A DNA stretch of 27,104 nucleotides from contig CAUVMY010000001.1 of assembly GCA_963552845.1 (NCBI GenBank), positions 1-27,104 of the forward strand. Reading direction: 5' to 3'. Below the pieces are notes generated by a model. It worked only from the letters and a program-made list of their open reading frames with translations, made no database searches and had not been told where the DNA came from. This stretch comes from an uncultured Bacteroidia bacterium (lineage in GTDB: Bacteria > Bacteroidota > Bacteroidia > Bacteroidales > CAJPTX01). Shown here in pieces: positions 15,961 through 24,342 of the stretch. The position numbers were made by a program, and so were the translations under genes. Within the stretch, counting starts at the first letter, position 1, and every line of letters starts with the position of its first letter.

Positions 15961-16980
15961 ATGCCAATTCAACGAGTAAGTGTTTCGGCATTTTTGAATT
16001 TGAAAGAAGCTGGAAGCATTGTAGATGTGCGTTCGCCTGCAGAATACAATCATGCGCATATCCCTGGAGCGATAAATGTTCCGCTTTTTACCGACGAGGT
16101 GCGCGCAGAGATTGGAACTCTGTATACAAAGGTTGGTAAGGAGCAAGCAATCGCGCGAGGTTTTGAAAACCTCAATGGTCGCCTAGAGGCGTTTCGCCGT
16201 GAGGTGCTTTCGTATACTTCAAATGGAGCTGTACGTATACATTGTTGGCGTGGAGGTATGCGTTCAGAAAGTGTGGCATGGTTAGTAGAACGTTCAGGGG
16301 TAATACCTTACCTCCTAGAAGGCGGTTACAAGAGTTATAGACACTCGGTACTAACACAATTTGCTCAGCCTTATGAACTACTCGTACTCTCTGGAATGAC
16401 GGGAGCTGGGAAAACGGACATTCTTCTTGAGTTACGGGAACTCGGAGAACAGGTCATTGATTTAGAAGGACTGGCGCATCATAAAGGCTCAGCTTTCGGA
16501 TGGCTTGGCGAAACTGCTCAACCGAGTACAGAGCAATTCGAGAATGAGTTAGCATACCAGTTGCGATTGTTTTCGCCCAAACAACGCCTATGGATCGAAG
16601 ACGAGAGTAAAAATATTGGTAAGATACTCATCCCAGGTGCATGGTATGAGCAAATGATATATGCGCCGCGTGTAGTATTAGAAACGGATCCCCAAGCGCG
16701 CCTCAATAGACTATTGCGCGTCTATACGTGTTATCCCACTGAAGAACTAGTTGTTTGTGTAGAAAAAATTAGAAAAAGACTTGGAGGCGACAAAGCAAAT
16801 GAATGCATTCAGCAGATTCGCGAAGGAAACCTCTCTGGCGCTATAGAATTAGTTCTTGCATACTATGACAAACAGTATCGTTACGGTTTAGCAGCAAAAG
16901 GAACACATAATCAGAGCATTAAACCTATCTCTGAACATCCCAGAGAGATTGCACAACAAATTCTTAGGCAGCTAAAATAG
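15961..16980 (+). CDS. mnmH: tRNA 2-selenouridine(34) synthase
   Basis: Rhodanese domain 'DVRSPAEY...HIPGAINVPLF', 'CWRGGMRS'; P-loop GMTGAGKT; 'DLEGLAHHKGSAFG', 'EDES..IG', 'YYDKQY'. Confidence 0.95.
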   Translation: MPIQRVSVSAFLNLKEAGSIVDVRSPAEYNHAHIPGAINVPLFTDEVRAEIGTLYTKVGKEQAIARGFENLNGRLEAFRREVLSYTSNGAVRIHCWRGGMRSESVAWLVERSGVIPYLLEGGYKSYRHSVLTQFAQPYELLVLSGMTGAGKTDILLELRELGEQVIDLEGLAHHKGSAFGWLGETAQPSTEQFENELAYQLRLFSPKQRLWIEDESKNIGKILIPGAWYEQMIYAPRVVLETDPQARLNRLLRVYTCYPTEELVVCVEKIRKRLGGDKANECIQQIREGNLSGAIELVLAYYDKQYRYGLAAKGTHNQSIKPISEHPREIAQQILRQLK

Positions 16981-16997
16981 CTGATATTCACCTCTTT

Positions 16998-17013
16998 TGT
17001 TCCACGTGGAAAG
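16998..17013. other. parS-like centromere site
   Basis: TGTTCCACGTGGAAAG matches TGTTCCACGTGGAACA at 14/16 with a perfect 12-bp palindrome TTCCACGTGGAA; intergenic. Confidence 0.7.
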
Positions 17014-17132
17014 AATATCTGACACTTAAAGCCGTCACCTAGTACACCTAGCATAAGTTAGCTTTTGTCTGTCCTACGCCCTTATGTCATGACAGTAATC
17101 TCCGTATACGCGCAATAAAAAGCAATACTTCT

Positions 17133-17140
17133 TAACTTTG
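17133..17140 (+). promoter_or_regulatory. Bacteroidota -7 promoter element TAACTTTG for ddl
   Basis: TAnnTTTG 27 nt upstream of ATG 17168. Confidence 0.65.
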
Positions 17141-17167
17141 CGCCGCGAACACCACAAAGGAAGGAGA

Positions 17168-18148
17168 ATGATAAGAAAGGGGAAGAATGTCGCCATATTA
17201 GCGGGCGGCACTTCGCAAGAACGGGTGATTTCATTGCTCAGCGCAGAACAATTACAACGCTGGCTCTCGGAAACAGAATATAAATCGTACATTATTGATG
17301 TACAGGGCTCTAGCTGGATCTATACGCTCCCCGACGGACGCAACCTCCAAGTCGATAAGAATACTTTTTCGCTTCCACTACCTGAAGGAACGCTTCCGCT
17401 CGATATTGCGTTTATCACAACCCATGGAACGCCTGGCGAAAACGGGCTCTTACAAGGTTACTTAGAGCTTATGCAAATTCCTTTCACTTCGGGTGGGACG
17501 TTTACCCAAGCCATTTCATTTCACAAGAGTGCTTGTAAACGCTATCTGCAGGGCATTGTCCCCTTACTGCCTTCTATTGAGATTAAGCGTTTTGAGGATC
17601 TAGATGTTGAGCAGGTGGTGCGCGAAATTGGCTTCCCGCTTTTCTTGAAACCAAATGACAATGGGAGCAGTGTCGGTGTTGTAAAAGTGCATGATGCCAA
17701 TGAGTTGCACAAGGCAGCGCTCTCAGTTTTTGAGATATCGTCGGATATCATGCTAGAAAAATTCTGTCCTGGTACAGAGCTTTCTTGCGGTATGATTCAG
17801 ATAGGAGCGCGTCAAATCTCTTTCCCAGTAGCAGAGATTATTTCGCCATCCGAGTTTTTTGATTTTAAGACAAAATACGACGGTTCCTCGCAAGAGATTG
17901 TACCAGCCCGAATCCCTCTACCCACATCGCAATTAGTACAGCAGTATACAGCAGCAGCATACGCACATTTGGGATGCCAAGGGATGGCGCGTGCCGATTA
18001 CATTTTGTATAACGGCGTACCCTATTTCCTCGAGATTAATACTTGTCCAGGTCTTACAGCTGAGAGTATAGTTCCTAAACAGGTGAATGTCTTAGGACGT
18101 ACAATGCCAGAGCTACTATCCGAATTTCTCGCTTCTCTAGTGAGCTAA
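17168..18148 (+). CDS. ddl: D-alanine--D-alanine ligase
   Basis: 'GG.S.ER.IS..SA', 'HGTPGENGLLQG', 'KP...GSSVGV.KV', 'FDF..KY', 'LEINTCPGLT'. Confidence 0.95.
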   Translation: MIRKGKNVAILAGGTSQERVISLLSAEQLQRWLSETEYKSYIIDVQGSSWIYTLPDGRNLQVDKNTFSLPLPEGTLPLDIAFITTHGTPGENGLLQGYLELMQIPFTSGGTFTQAISFHKSACKRYLQGIVPLLPSIEIKRFEDLDVEQVVREIGFPLFLKPNDNGSSVGVVKVHDANELHKAALSVFEISSDIMLEKFCPGTELSCGMIQIGARQISFPVAEIISPSEFFDFKTKYDGSSQEIVPARIPLPTSQLVQQYTAAAYAHLGCQGMARADYILYNGVPYFLEINTCPGLTAESIVPKQVNVLGRTMPELLSEFLASLVS

Positions 18149-18211
18149 CTTACCACCTCAGGCACTACATTTTTATCTCCCTAAAGTATCGCCTTTCAAA
18201 AGTCAATATAC

Positions 18212-19066
18212 TCAGCTCAACGTTTCTTCCGCCCAACCTTTCAGCATTGCAATTTCTTCTGCCCAACGTTCTGGTTCGGGAGTCTCAAGAATGAGAGGGA
18301 GGTTTTCCGTACGCGGATCTTGTGCAATGGCGCGGAAAGTATCTAAGCCTATTGTCCCTTTCCCCAACGGAGCATGCCTGTCTTTTTTGCTGCCCACGCC
18401 GTGCATGGCATCGTTGAGGTGCATGCCTCGCAAATACTGTAATCCAATTATACCCTCGAATTCTGCCATCATCGCTTCGTATCCTGCAATAGTTGAAAGG
18501 TCGTATCCTGCAACGTGGGCATGGCAAGTGTCGATGCAAACTCCGATACGGCTTTTGTCTTTTACCTGCGCTATAATTTCCGCAAGTTGTTCAAACCTAT
18601 AGCCGAGGTTTGTGCCTTGCCCAGCAGTGTTTTCTAGCACAGCACAGACATTTGTTGTTTCGTCCAGCGCTAAATTGATGCCTTCAGCAATGTAGGTCAG
18701 ACATTCCTCGGGTGTAATGAGTTTGAGATGACTCCCAGGATGAAAGTTGAGACGGTCTATTCCCAGCTGTTGGCAGCGGCGCATCTCATCTATAAAAGCA
18801 TTGACCGATTGTTGTCGCTTTTCTAGTTCAGGGTTTCCAAGGTTCGTGAGATAACTGTTGTGCGGAAGTATCTGTCCGTTACGATAATTATTGATACGAC
18901 AGTTCTTTTTGAAAGCCTCTATCTCCTCTTCTGTCAGTGCAGGAGCTCGCCACTGTCGCTGATTCTTAGTAAACAAGGCAAAAGCGGTAGCGCCTATAGC
19001 GGTAGCGTTAATGGGAGCATTTGCTACACCCCCTGCTGCACTCACGTGTGCACCAATGTATTTCAT
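18212..19066 (-). CDS. nfo: Endonuclease IV (AP endonuclease)
   Basis: '[13 protein letters not shown]', 'NFHPGSH', 'ENTAGQG', 'CIDTCH', 'HLND....GSKKDRH', 'ILETP'. ATG 19066 preferred. Confidence 0.97.
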   Translation of the reverse strand: MKYIGAHVSAAGGVANAPINATAIGATAFALFTKNQRQWRAPALTEEEIEAFKKNCRINNYRNGQILPHNSYLTNLGNPELEKRQQSVNAFIDEMRRCQQLGIDRLNFHPGSHLKLITPEECLTYIAEGINLALDETTNVCAVLENTAGQGTNLGYRFEQLAEIIAQVKDKSRIGVCIDTCHAHVAGYDLSTIAGYEAMMAEFEGIIGLQYLRGMHLNDAMHGVGSKKDRHAPLGKGTIGLDTFRAIAQDPRTENLPLILETPEPERWAEEIAMLKGWAEETLS

Positions 19067-19268
19067 CCTATTACAAATTTGTTCTGATTTACGAGAGTAA
19101 CGTTTTACCACGTTCGCATGTTTGCAATCCATTATCTATTGCGTTGCGACGTTGGAATTATTTTTAGGCGTTTTTTGCGATAGGTACGGATTAGCCCCGT
19201 TCACCTGCATAAGCCATATACTCCTGTGGCAATAACCACCCCCCGCCCAACGTTGATCCGTTAATGCG

Positions 19269-19276
19269 TACATTTG
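19269..19276 (+). promoter_or_regulatory. Candidate -7 promoter element TACATTTG for porW operon
   Basis: TAnnTTTG only 7 nt before ATG 19284, which would imply a very short leader or use of ATG 19290. Confidence 0.45.
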
Positions 19277-19283
19277 TTACGCA

Positions 19284-21968
19284 ATGAGTATGAAAGCGTG
19301 GAATTTGAGAGCGGCTTATAAGCGTGTGTGGTTGGGGGCAATGACCCTCTTGCTGCTATTGGTATTGGGGTGTGGTACACAGAAGAATACGGCTTACCGT
19401 CGTTTCTATCACCGCCTTACTTCCTATTTTAATTATTATTTCAATGCCCAAGAGGCGTACAATGCGGGTGTGAAACAAGCTAACAAATCGATGCAGTATG
19501 ACTATACGCGCATTCTGCCTTTTTGTATTGCTGGCTTACCCGATGCTGCCCTTAGTACGGGAGGAGAGATGGATAGAGCACAGACGAAGTGTGCTATGCT
19601 CATAAAGTCCCATTCTCTTACAGTAAAACCTGAACGAGGAAAAGAAGCGTTAACTCCCAAAGAAAAAGCATTCTACGCCCAAAACGAGTTCAATATCTAT
19701 GCTCGCAAAGCTTGGTTGCTAATCGGTAAATCGCGAGTATGGAGTGGCGATTTCCCACAAGCAGCGCAGGCAATAGATTTTGCCATGATGCAGTTCGCTG
19801 GTTTACCAGAGGGTTGGGAAGGGCAACTTTGGAAAGCCCGCATAGAGATGCTAAGCGGTCAAACGCTAGAAGCGAAAGAACGTTTTGCGGCACTTGCTGT
19901 AGCCCCCTACCGTCCCAAAGGAAAAGAATATACGTTCCTGCTTGAGTCCATGTGGGCAGATCTTTTGGTGAGTGAACAAAAGTTTGAAGAGGCGTATCAG
20001 CATGGTCGTTTGGCACTTGCTAGTGCGCCCACGCGTCTGGATCGCGCGCGTTGTCGGCTAGCACTTGCGCAACTTGCAGAAGAAACGAAGAATTACAATG
20101 AGGCGTTTGTGCTTTACAAGAAAGTGTCGAGCAGTGCGCCCAATTACGAAATGAGTTTTAACGCTTTAGTGCGGAGTGCTTCCTTAGCAGCGCGAGTTCA
20201 AGGGAAAGGTATGGAGCGCAGTCTGCGTAATCTTGCTAAGGATGAGAAAAATGCGGACTACCTCGATCAGATATACTATGCGCTTGGTGAGATGGCCTTT
20301 GCTAAAGGTGATACCGTAGGAGGGCTTGAACTCTTTAAGGAGTCGGCGCAAAAGAGTATATCTAACAACAAGCAAAAGGGTGCGTCGCATCTCCGTGTTG
20401 CAGAGTATTATTTTGCCAAAAGTGACTACTTGCATGCGGCAACAGCGTATGATAGTGCCCTGAGTGCACTGCCAGAAAGCTATCCGCGCTATGCAGAGAT
20501 CGCAAAGCGAGGGGCTGTATTAGGGCATCTCGCCGAAGCACAAGAGGTGGTATTGCGCGAAGACAGTTTGCAGCGGATTGCACGCATGCCAGATGCAAAG
20601 CGAGTTGAATTTATACAAGGTATAATTGCCAAATTGCGAGAAGAGGAACGACTTGCAAAGCTTGAAGAGGAAAAGGAGCAGATGGATCGCAATTTTGCTC
20701 TGCAGAATGAATACCGTCAGGGGTCATTACAGAATTCTTCCAACAAAAGTGAGGGCGGGTGGTATTTTTACAATACCTCTGCGCTGGGCTTTGGGCGTTC
20801 TGATTTTAAGGTAAAGTGGGGCTCGCGAAAGCTCGAGGATAATTGGCGACGGAAAAATAAACAGGTTACCACCAATACTGGCGGTGAAGGCAATCAACAA
20901 GATAGCACTAAGAAGGGCGCAGATAAGTATTCGGTGCAATATTACTTAGCAGATTTGCCGTTGACCGATTCGGCTATGTTACATTCTAATGCCGAGATCC
21001 GTCGTGCGATGTTCGAGATGGCAGAGTCATACCGTAACGACTTTAACGATCCGCCGCGTGCCATTCAAACGTATGCAGACATCTTGAAGCGCTTCCCGAG
21101 TGATGAAGCTGCCCCCGAGGCTTGTTTCATGGCGTATATGACTGCTGATCGGGCTGGGCTGGTTGCGCAGAGTCAACAATATCGTGATAGGCTTTTGACA
21201 TCATACGGTACGAGTTCGTTTGCTCGTATTCTCTCTGATCCGCAGTATATGGAGAAAATACAGAACGAAAAAGAAAAGAACGAAAAGATCGCTGACGATA
21301 TCCTTGCGCAAATGCGTAGTGCAAATCGTGCTGAGGCTTACCGTCTTGCAACGGACGCTGCCCAAGAGGCTACCGCGGATGAGTATAAGGTACGGTTTGC
21401 TCTTCTTGCGGCACTAAATGCAGGACACGAGCCAGGCGACACCATTCAGGTTGCATCTCTTAAAACGTTCGCACAGACGTATAGAGAGTACCCAGAGAGC
21501 AAATATGCAGACGACGTACTGAAGGCAATTGCAAAGCGCGACTTGGTGGGAGACGATGTTGCTCCGCTCATAATAGGGAGTCAGGAAGTTGTGTCCGTAA
21601 AAACAGACAAAGAATTTGTTTATACCGAAGGAGAACATGATGTATTGCTCGTCTTCAATCCGAAGGAAAATATGCGAGAACTGAAGTTCCTTGCTATTAG
21701 CTTTGGGGTAGATTACGATGTTAATTTGAATCTCGAGGTCGAGGAATTTAACCTGAATGAGAGTGCAACCCTACTAGTAATTAGCTCTTTCAGTGATTAT
21801 GAAACAGCCGTTGCCTTCCGTGATGCGATGGATGAGGCAGAACCCTTTGGAGAAGTAACGCCGTTTTACATCATCATTACGCCTGCTAATCTAGAGCTCC
21901 TGAAGGAGCAAAAAGCCTTCCTTCCGTACATTGACTTCTATAAGAAGAACTACAATCAGAAGAAATAG
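19284..21968 (+). CDS. porW: T9SS periplasmic TPR lipoprotein PorW/SprE
   Basis: Lipobox VLGC + 'KNT...RFYH.LT..FN.YFN', TPRs, 'EDSLQRIARM', 'WYFYN....G...F...WGSRKLEDNWRR', signatures of PorW/SprE. Confidence 0.88.
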   Translation: MSMKAWNLRAAYKRVWLGAMTLLLLLVLGCGTQKNTAYRRFYHRLTSYFNYYFNAQEAYNAGVKQANKSMQYDYTRILPFCIAGLPDAALSTGGEMDRAQTKCAMLIKSHSLTVKPERGKEALTPKEKAFYAQNEFNIYARKAWLLIGKSRVWSGDFPQAAQAIDFAMMQFAGLPEGWEGQLWKARIEMLSGQTLEAKERFAALAVAPYRPKGKEYTFLLESMWADLLVSEQKFEEAYQHGRLALASAPTRLDRARCRLALAQLAEETKNYNEAFVLYKKVSSSAPNYEMSFNALVRSASLAARVQGKGMERSLRNLAKDEKNADYLDQIYYALGEMAFAKGDTVGGLELFKESAQKSISNNKQKGASHLRVAEYYFAKSDYLHAATAYDSALSALPESYPRYAEIAKRGAVLGHLAEAQEVVLREDSLQRIARMPDAKRVEFIQGIIAKLREEERLAKLEEEKEQMDRNFALQNEYRQGSLQNSSNKSEGGWYFYNTSALGFGRSDFKVKWGSRKLEDNWRRKNKQVTTNTGGEGNQQDSTKKGADKYSVQYYLADLPLTDSAMLHSNAEIRRAMFEMAESYRNDFNDPPRAIQTYADILKRFPSDEAAPEACFMAYMTADRAGLVAQSQQYRDRLLTSYGTSSFARILSDPQYMEKIQNEKEKNEKIADDILAQMRSANRAEAYRLATDAAQEATADEYKVRFALLAALNAGHEPGDTIQVASLKTFAQTYREYPESKYADDVLKAIAKRDLVGDDVAPLIIGSQEVVSVKTDKEFVYTEGEHDVLLVFNPKENMRELKFLAISFGVDYDVNLNLEVEEFNLNESATLLVISSFSDYETAVAFRDAMDEAEPFGEVTPFYIIITPANLELLKEQKAFLPYIDFYKKNYNQKK

Positions 21969-22019
21969 GGGCTCTTGTTCTTTCGCCGCCCCTTTTGGTT
22001 TCAAACATCTATAATACTG

Positions 22020-23573
22020 ATGGCTTCTACTAAAATTCTGTGGGTCGACGACGAGATAGAACTTTTACGCCCACATATTCTCTTTCTTGAAAAAAAAGGT
22101 TACCAAGTTGCAACGGCAACAAATGCTGACGATGCGCTTGATAAAGTAGAGCGTGAGCCTTTTGACATCATTTTTTTGGATGAAAATATGCCAGGCCTTA
22201 CGGGTCTTGAGGCGCTTTCGCACTTCAAGCGCCTAGCTCCGACTATCCCGATTGTGATGGTTACTAAAAGCGAAGAGGAGGATATTATGGATCGTGCCGT
22301 AGGGGCTAAGATCTCAGATTATCTTATAAAGCCAGTTAACCCGAGTCAGATCCTCATCTCCATCAAGAAACATGTGCATGAGCGTGAGCTTGTCTCTGTG
22401 GGCACTACCTCTGCCTACCAGACCAACTATTTACAAATAGGCGATCGTATCAATAGTGCGGCAACATGGGAAGATTGGCAGTCTATTCACCTTCAGTTGA
22501 GCGAATGGCGACTAAGCCTTCTCTCCGCTAATGCTCCAGAGATGCTAGAGCTACATGCGCAGTTACAACAGCAGGCGAATGTGGCTTTTAGTAAGTACAT
22601 CCGTCGTAACTATGCTTCTTGGTTTAAGGATTTGGGGAGCGGTCCTGTTACATCCCCGCGTGTGGTACGCGAATATCTTTTGCCCTATTTAGATGCAGGA
22701 GAGAAGGTTCTTCTTTTGGTGATAGATAACCTTCGTTTTGACCAGTGGCGTATGCTTCGGGAATTGCTCTCGACGGCGTGGCGTGTCGAACAGGAGCGTA
22801 CTTACTACTCTATACTCCCCACGGTTACGCACTATGCGCGCAATTCGTTATTTGCGGGGCTGATGCCTCTCGAGATTTCACAACTCCTTCCAGAGCTGTG
22901 GGTGGGAGAGCAAGATGAGGAAGGGAAGAATATCTACGAGCCCGAACTATTAAAGCGCAATCTACAGCGGATGGGGCGTAATTATACAATGCAGTATTAC
23001 AAGGGGGCTACATTGGACGGAACGCCTCTTAAAGAGGGCGATTTCCAGCAACTCCTTGAAACAGACCTGACGGTAGTGGTCTACAATTTTATTGATATGC
23101 TTTCGCACGCTCGGCACGACATGCAAATTATGAAACAATTAGCTAACGATGCGCACGCATATTTGTCCCTTACGCAAAGCTGGTTTAAACACTCGGATCT
23201 TTTTGTCTTTTTACAAAAGCTGAGTAACTATCCTGTTCGTTTGTTGATTACAACAGATCACGGCTCTATTCAGGTAAAAAAGGCGATAAAGGTTGTTGGT
23301 GACCGTGAGACATCGACGAATATGCGCTATAAATTGGGGAAGAGTCTTTCTTACAATGATCGAGAAGTTTTTGCATGTATCAATCCTGCAGAAGTACATC
23401 TTCCGCAGTCCAGTATGAGTGCACGCTACATCTTTGCCACTGCTAACGACTACCTTATTTACCCCAACAACTTTAATAACTACGCCCGCATGTTTAAGGA
23501 CTCCTTCCAACACGGGGGCGTATCGCTCGAAGAAATGATTGTGCCATTCGTATCTTTGCGTGCACAACACTGA
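22020..23573 (+). CDS. porX: T9SS response regulator PorX (receiver + PglZ/alkaline-phosphatase-like domain)
   Basis: 'KILWVDDEIELLRPHILFLEKKGY', 'LDENMPG', 'IDNLRFDQW', 'SILPT.T.YARN', 'TDHG', 'FQHGGVSLEEM'; followed by tsaE as usual. Confidence 0.95.
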   Translation: MASTKILWVDDEIELLRPHILFLEKKGYQVATATNADDALDKVEREPFDIIFLDENMPGLTGLEALSHFKRLAPTIPIVMVTKSEEEDIMDRAVGAKISDYLIKPVNPSQILISIKKHVHERELVSVGTTSAYQTNYLQIGDRINSAATWEDWQSIHLQLSEWRLSLLSANAPEMLELHAQLQQQANVAFSKYIRRNYASWFKDLGSGPVTSPRVVREYLLPYLDAGEKVLLLVIDNLRFDQWRMLRELLSTAWRVEQERTYYSILPTVTHYARNSLFAGLMPLEISQLLPELWVGEQDEEGKNIYEPELLKRNLQRMGRNYTMQYYKGATLDGTPLKEGDFQQLLETDLTVVVYNFIDMLSHARHDMQIMKQLANDAHAYLSLTQSWFKHSDLFVFLQKLSNYPVRLLITTDHGSIQVKKAIKVVGDRETSTNMRYKLGKSLSYNDREVFACINPAEVHLPQSSMSARYIFATANDYLIYPNNFNNYARMFKDSFQHGGVSLEEMIVPFVSLRAQH

Positions 23574-23583
23574 GAGGGGGACA

Positions 23584-24030
23584 ATGCAAAATACAGTAGA
23601 CGTAGTGGAGATTCGCTCTGAAGCAGAGGCGGATCTTGAGGTAGCCGTGAAAGAGTTTTTGCAAAAGGTATCGCGTCTTAATTGTATTTGTTTTTGGGGA
23701 GGACTCGGTGCAGGGAAAACGACTTTTATACGCGCTTTGTGCAAATATTTGGGTGTTGTTGATGTGGTAACAAGCCCGACTTTTTCCATCATCAATGAAT
23801 ATCATTGTAGTGATGGAGCAATTATCTACCATTTCGATTTTTATCGTCTTAATTCATTGCGCGAAGCAGAGGATATTGGGGTAGAAGACTATTTTTCGAA
23901 TAGTGAAGGGCTATGCCTTATCGAATGGCCCGCTATTGTAGAACCGATACTACCTGCTCATTTGTTAGATGTTGCCATCGTGGCTCAGTCAGATGGTAGG
24001 CGTTTTCTCAAGATTGGTGCGAGAGAATAA
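23584..24030 (+). CDS. tsaE: tRNA threonylcarbamoyladenosine biosynthesis ATPase TsaE
   Basis: 'GGLGAGKTTFI', 'VTSPTFSIINEY', 'YHFDFYRL', 'LIEWP'. Confidence 0.96.
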   Translation: MQNTVDVVEIRSEAEADLEVAVKEFLQKVSRLNCICFWGGLGAGKTTFIRALCKYLGVVDVVTSPTFSIINEYHCSDGAIIYHFDFYRLNSLREAEDIGVEDYFSNSEGLCLIEWPAIVEPILPAHLLDVAIVAQSDGRRFLKIGARE

Positions 24031-24342
24031 AAGTGCACTGTTATAAACGGTGTGCACGACGTCCCTATGTAAAGAGTGTGCGGTATGGTAAGTAGATTGG
24101 CTACTTGTGGTGCTATTTTTTATACTTTAGTACAATCGGCATAGCATAATCCGAGTAGCAAGTGATTGTTTCTACTATAATTTGTTGCAAAGGAGCCACT
24201 AAGGCAACTTTTTCTGAAAGTTGTTCTGAACTACGGAGGTTTATATCTCATTCTATTAAGTACTGAACACAAGAGTACCTGATCATAGATGCGTATTGGT
24301 ATTTGTTTGGGCAAATACGTAACAACAGTATTTCACTACCCC

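Noticed and set aside
23211..23795. 194-aa antisense ORF, and similar antisense ORFs such as 5751-6251, 4237-4686 and 7842-8222
   Set aside because: They overlap well-supported genes on the opposite strand and show no recognisable motifs
24205..24223. CAACTTT-N5-AAAGTTG hairpin between tsaE and the large ORF
   Set aside because: Weak AT-rich stem far from the tsaE stop with no clear U-tract; no function can be supported
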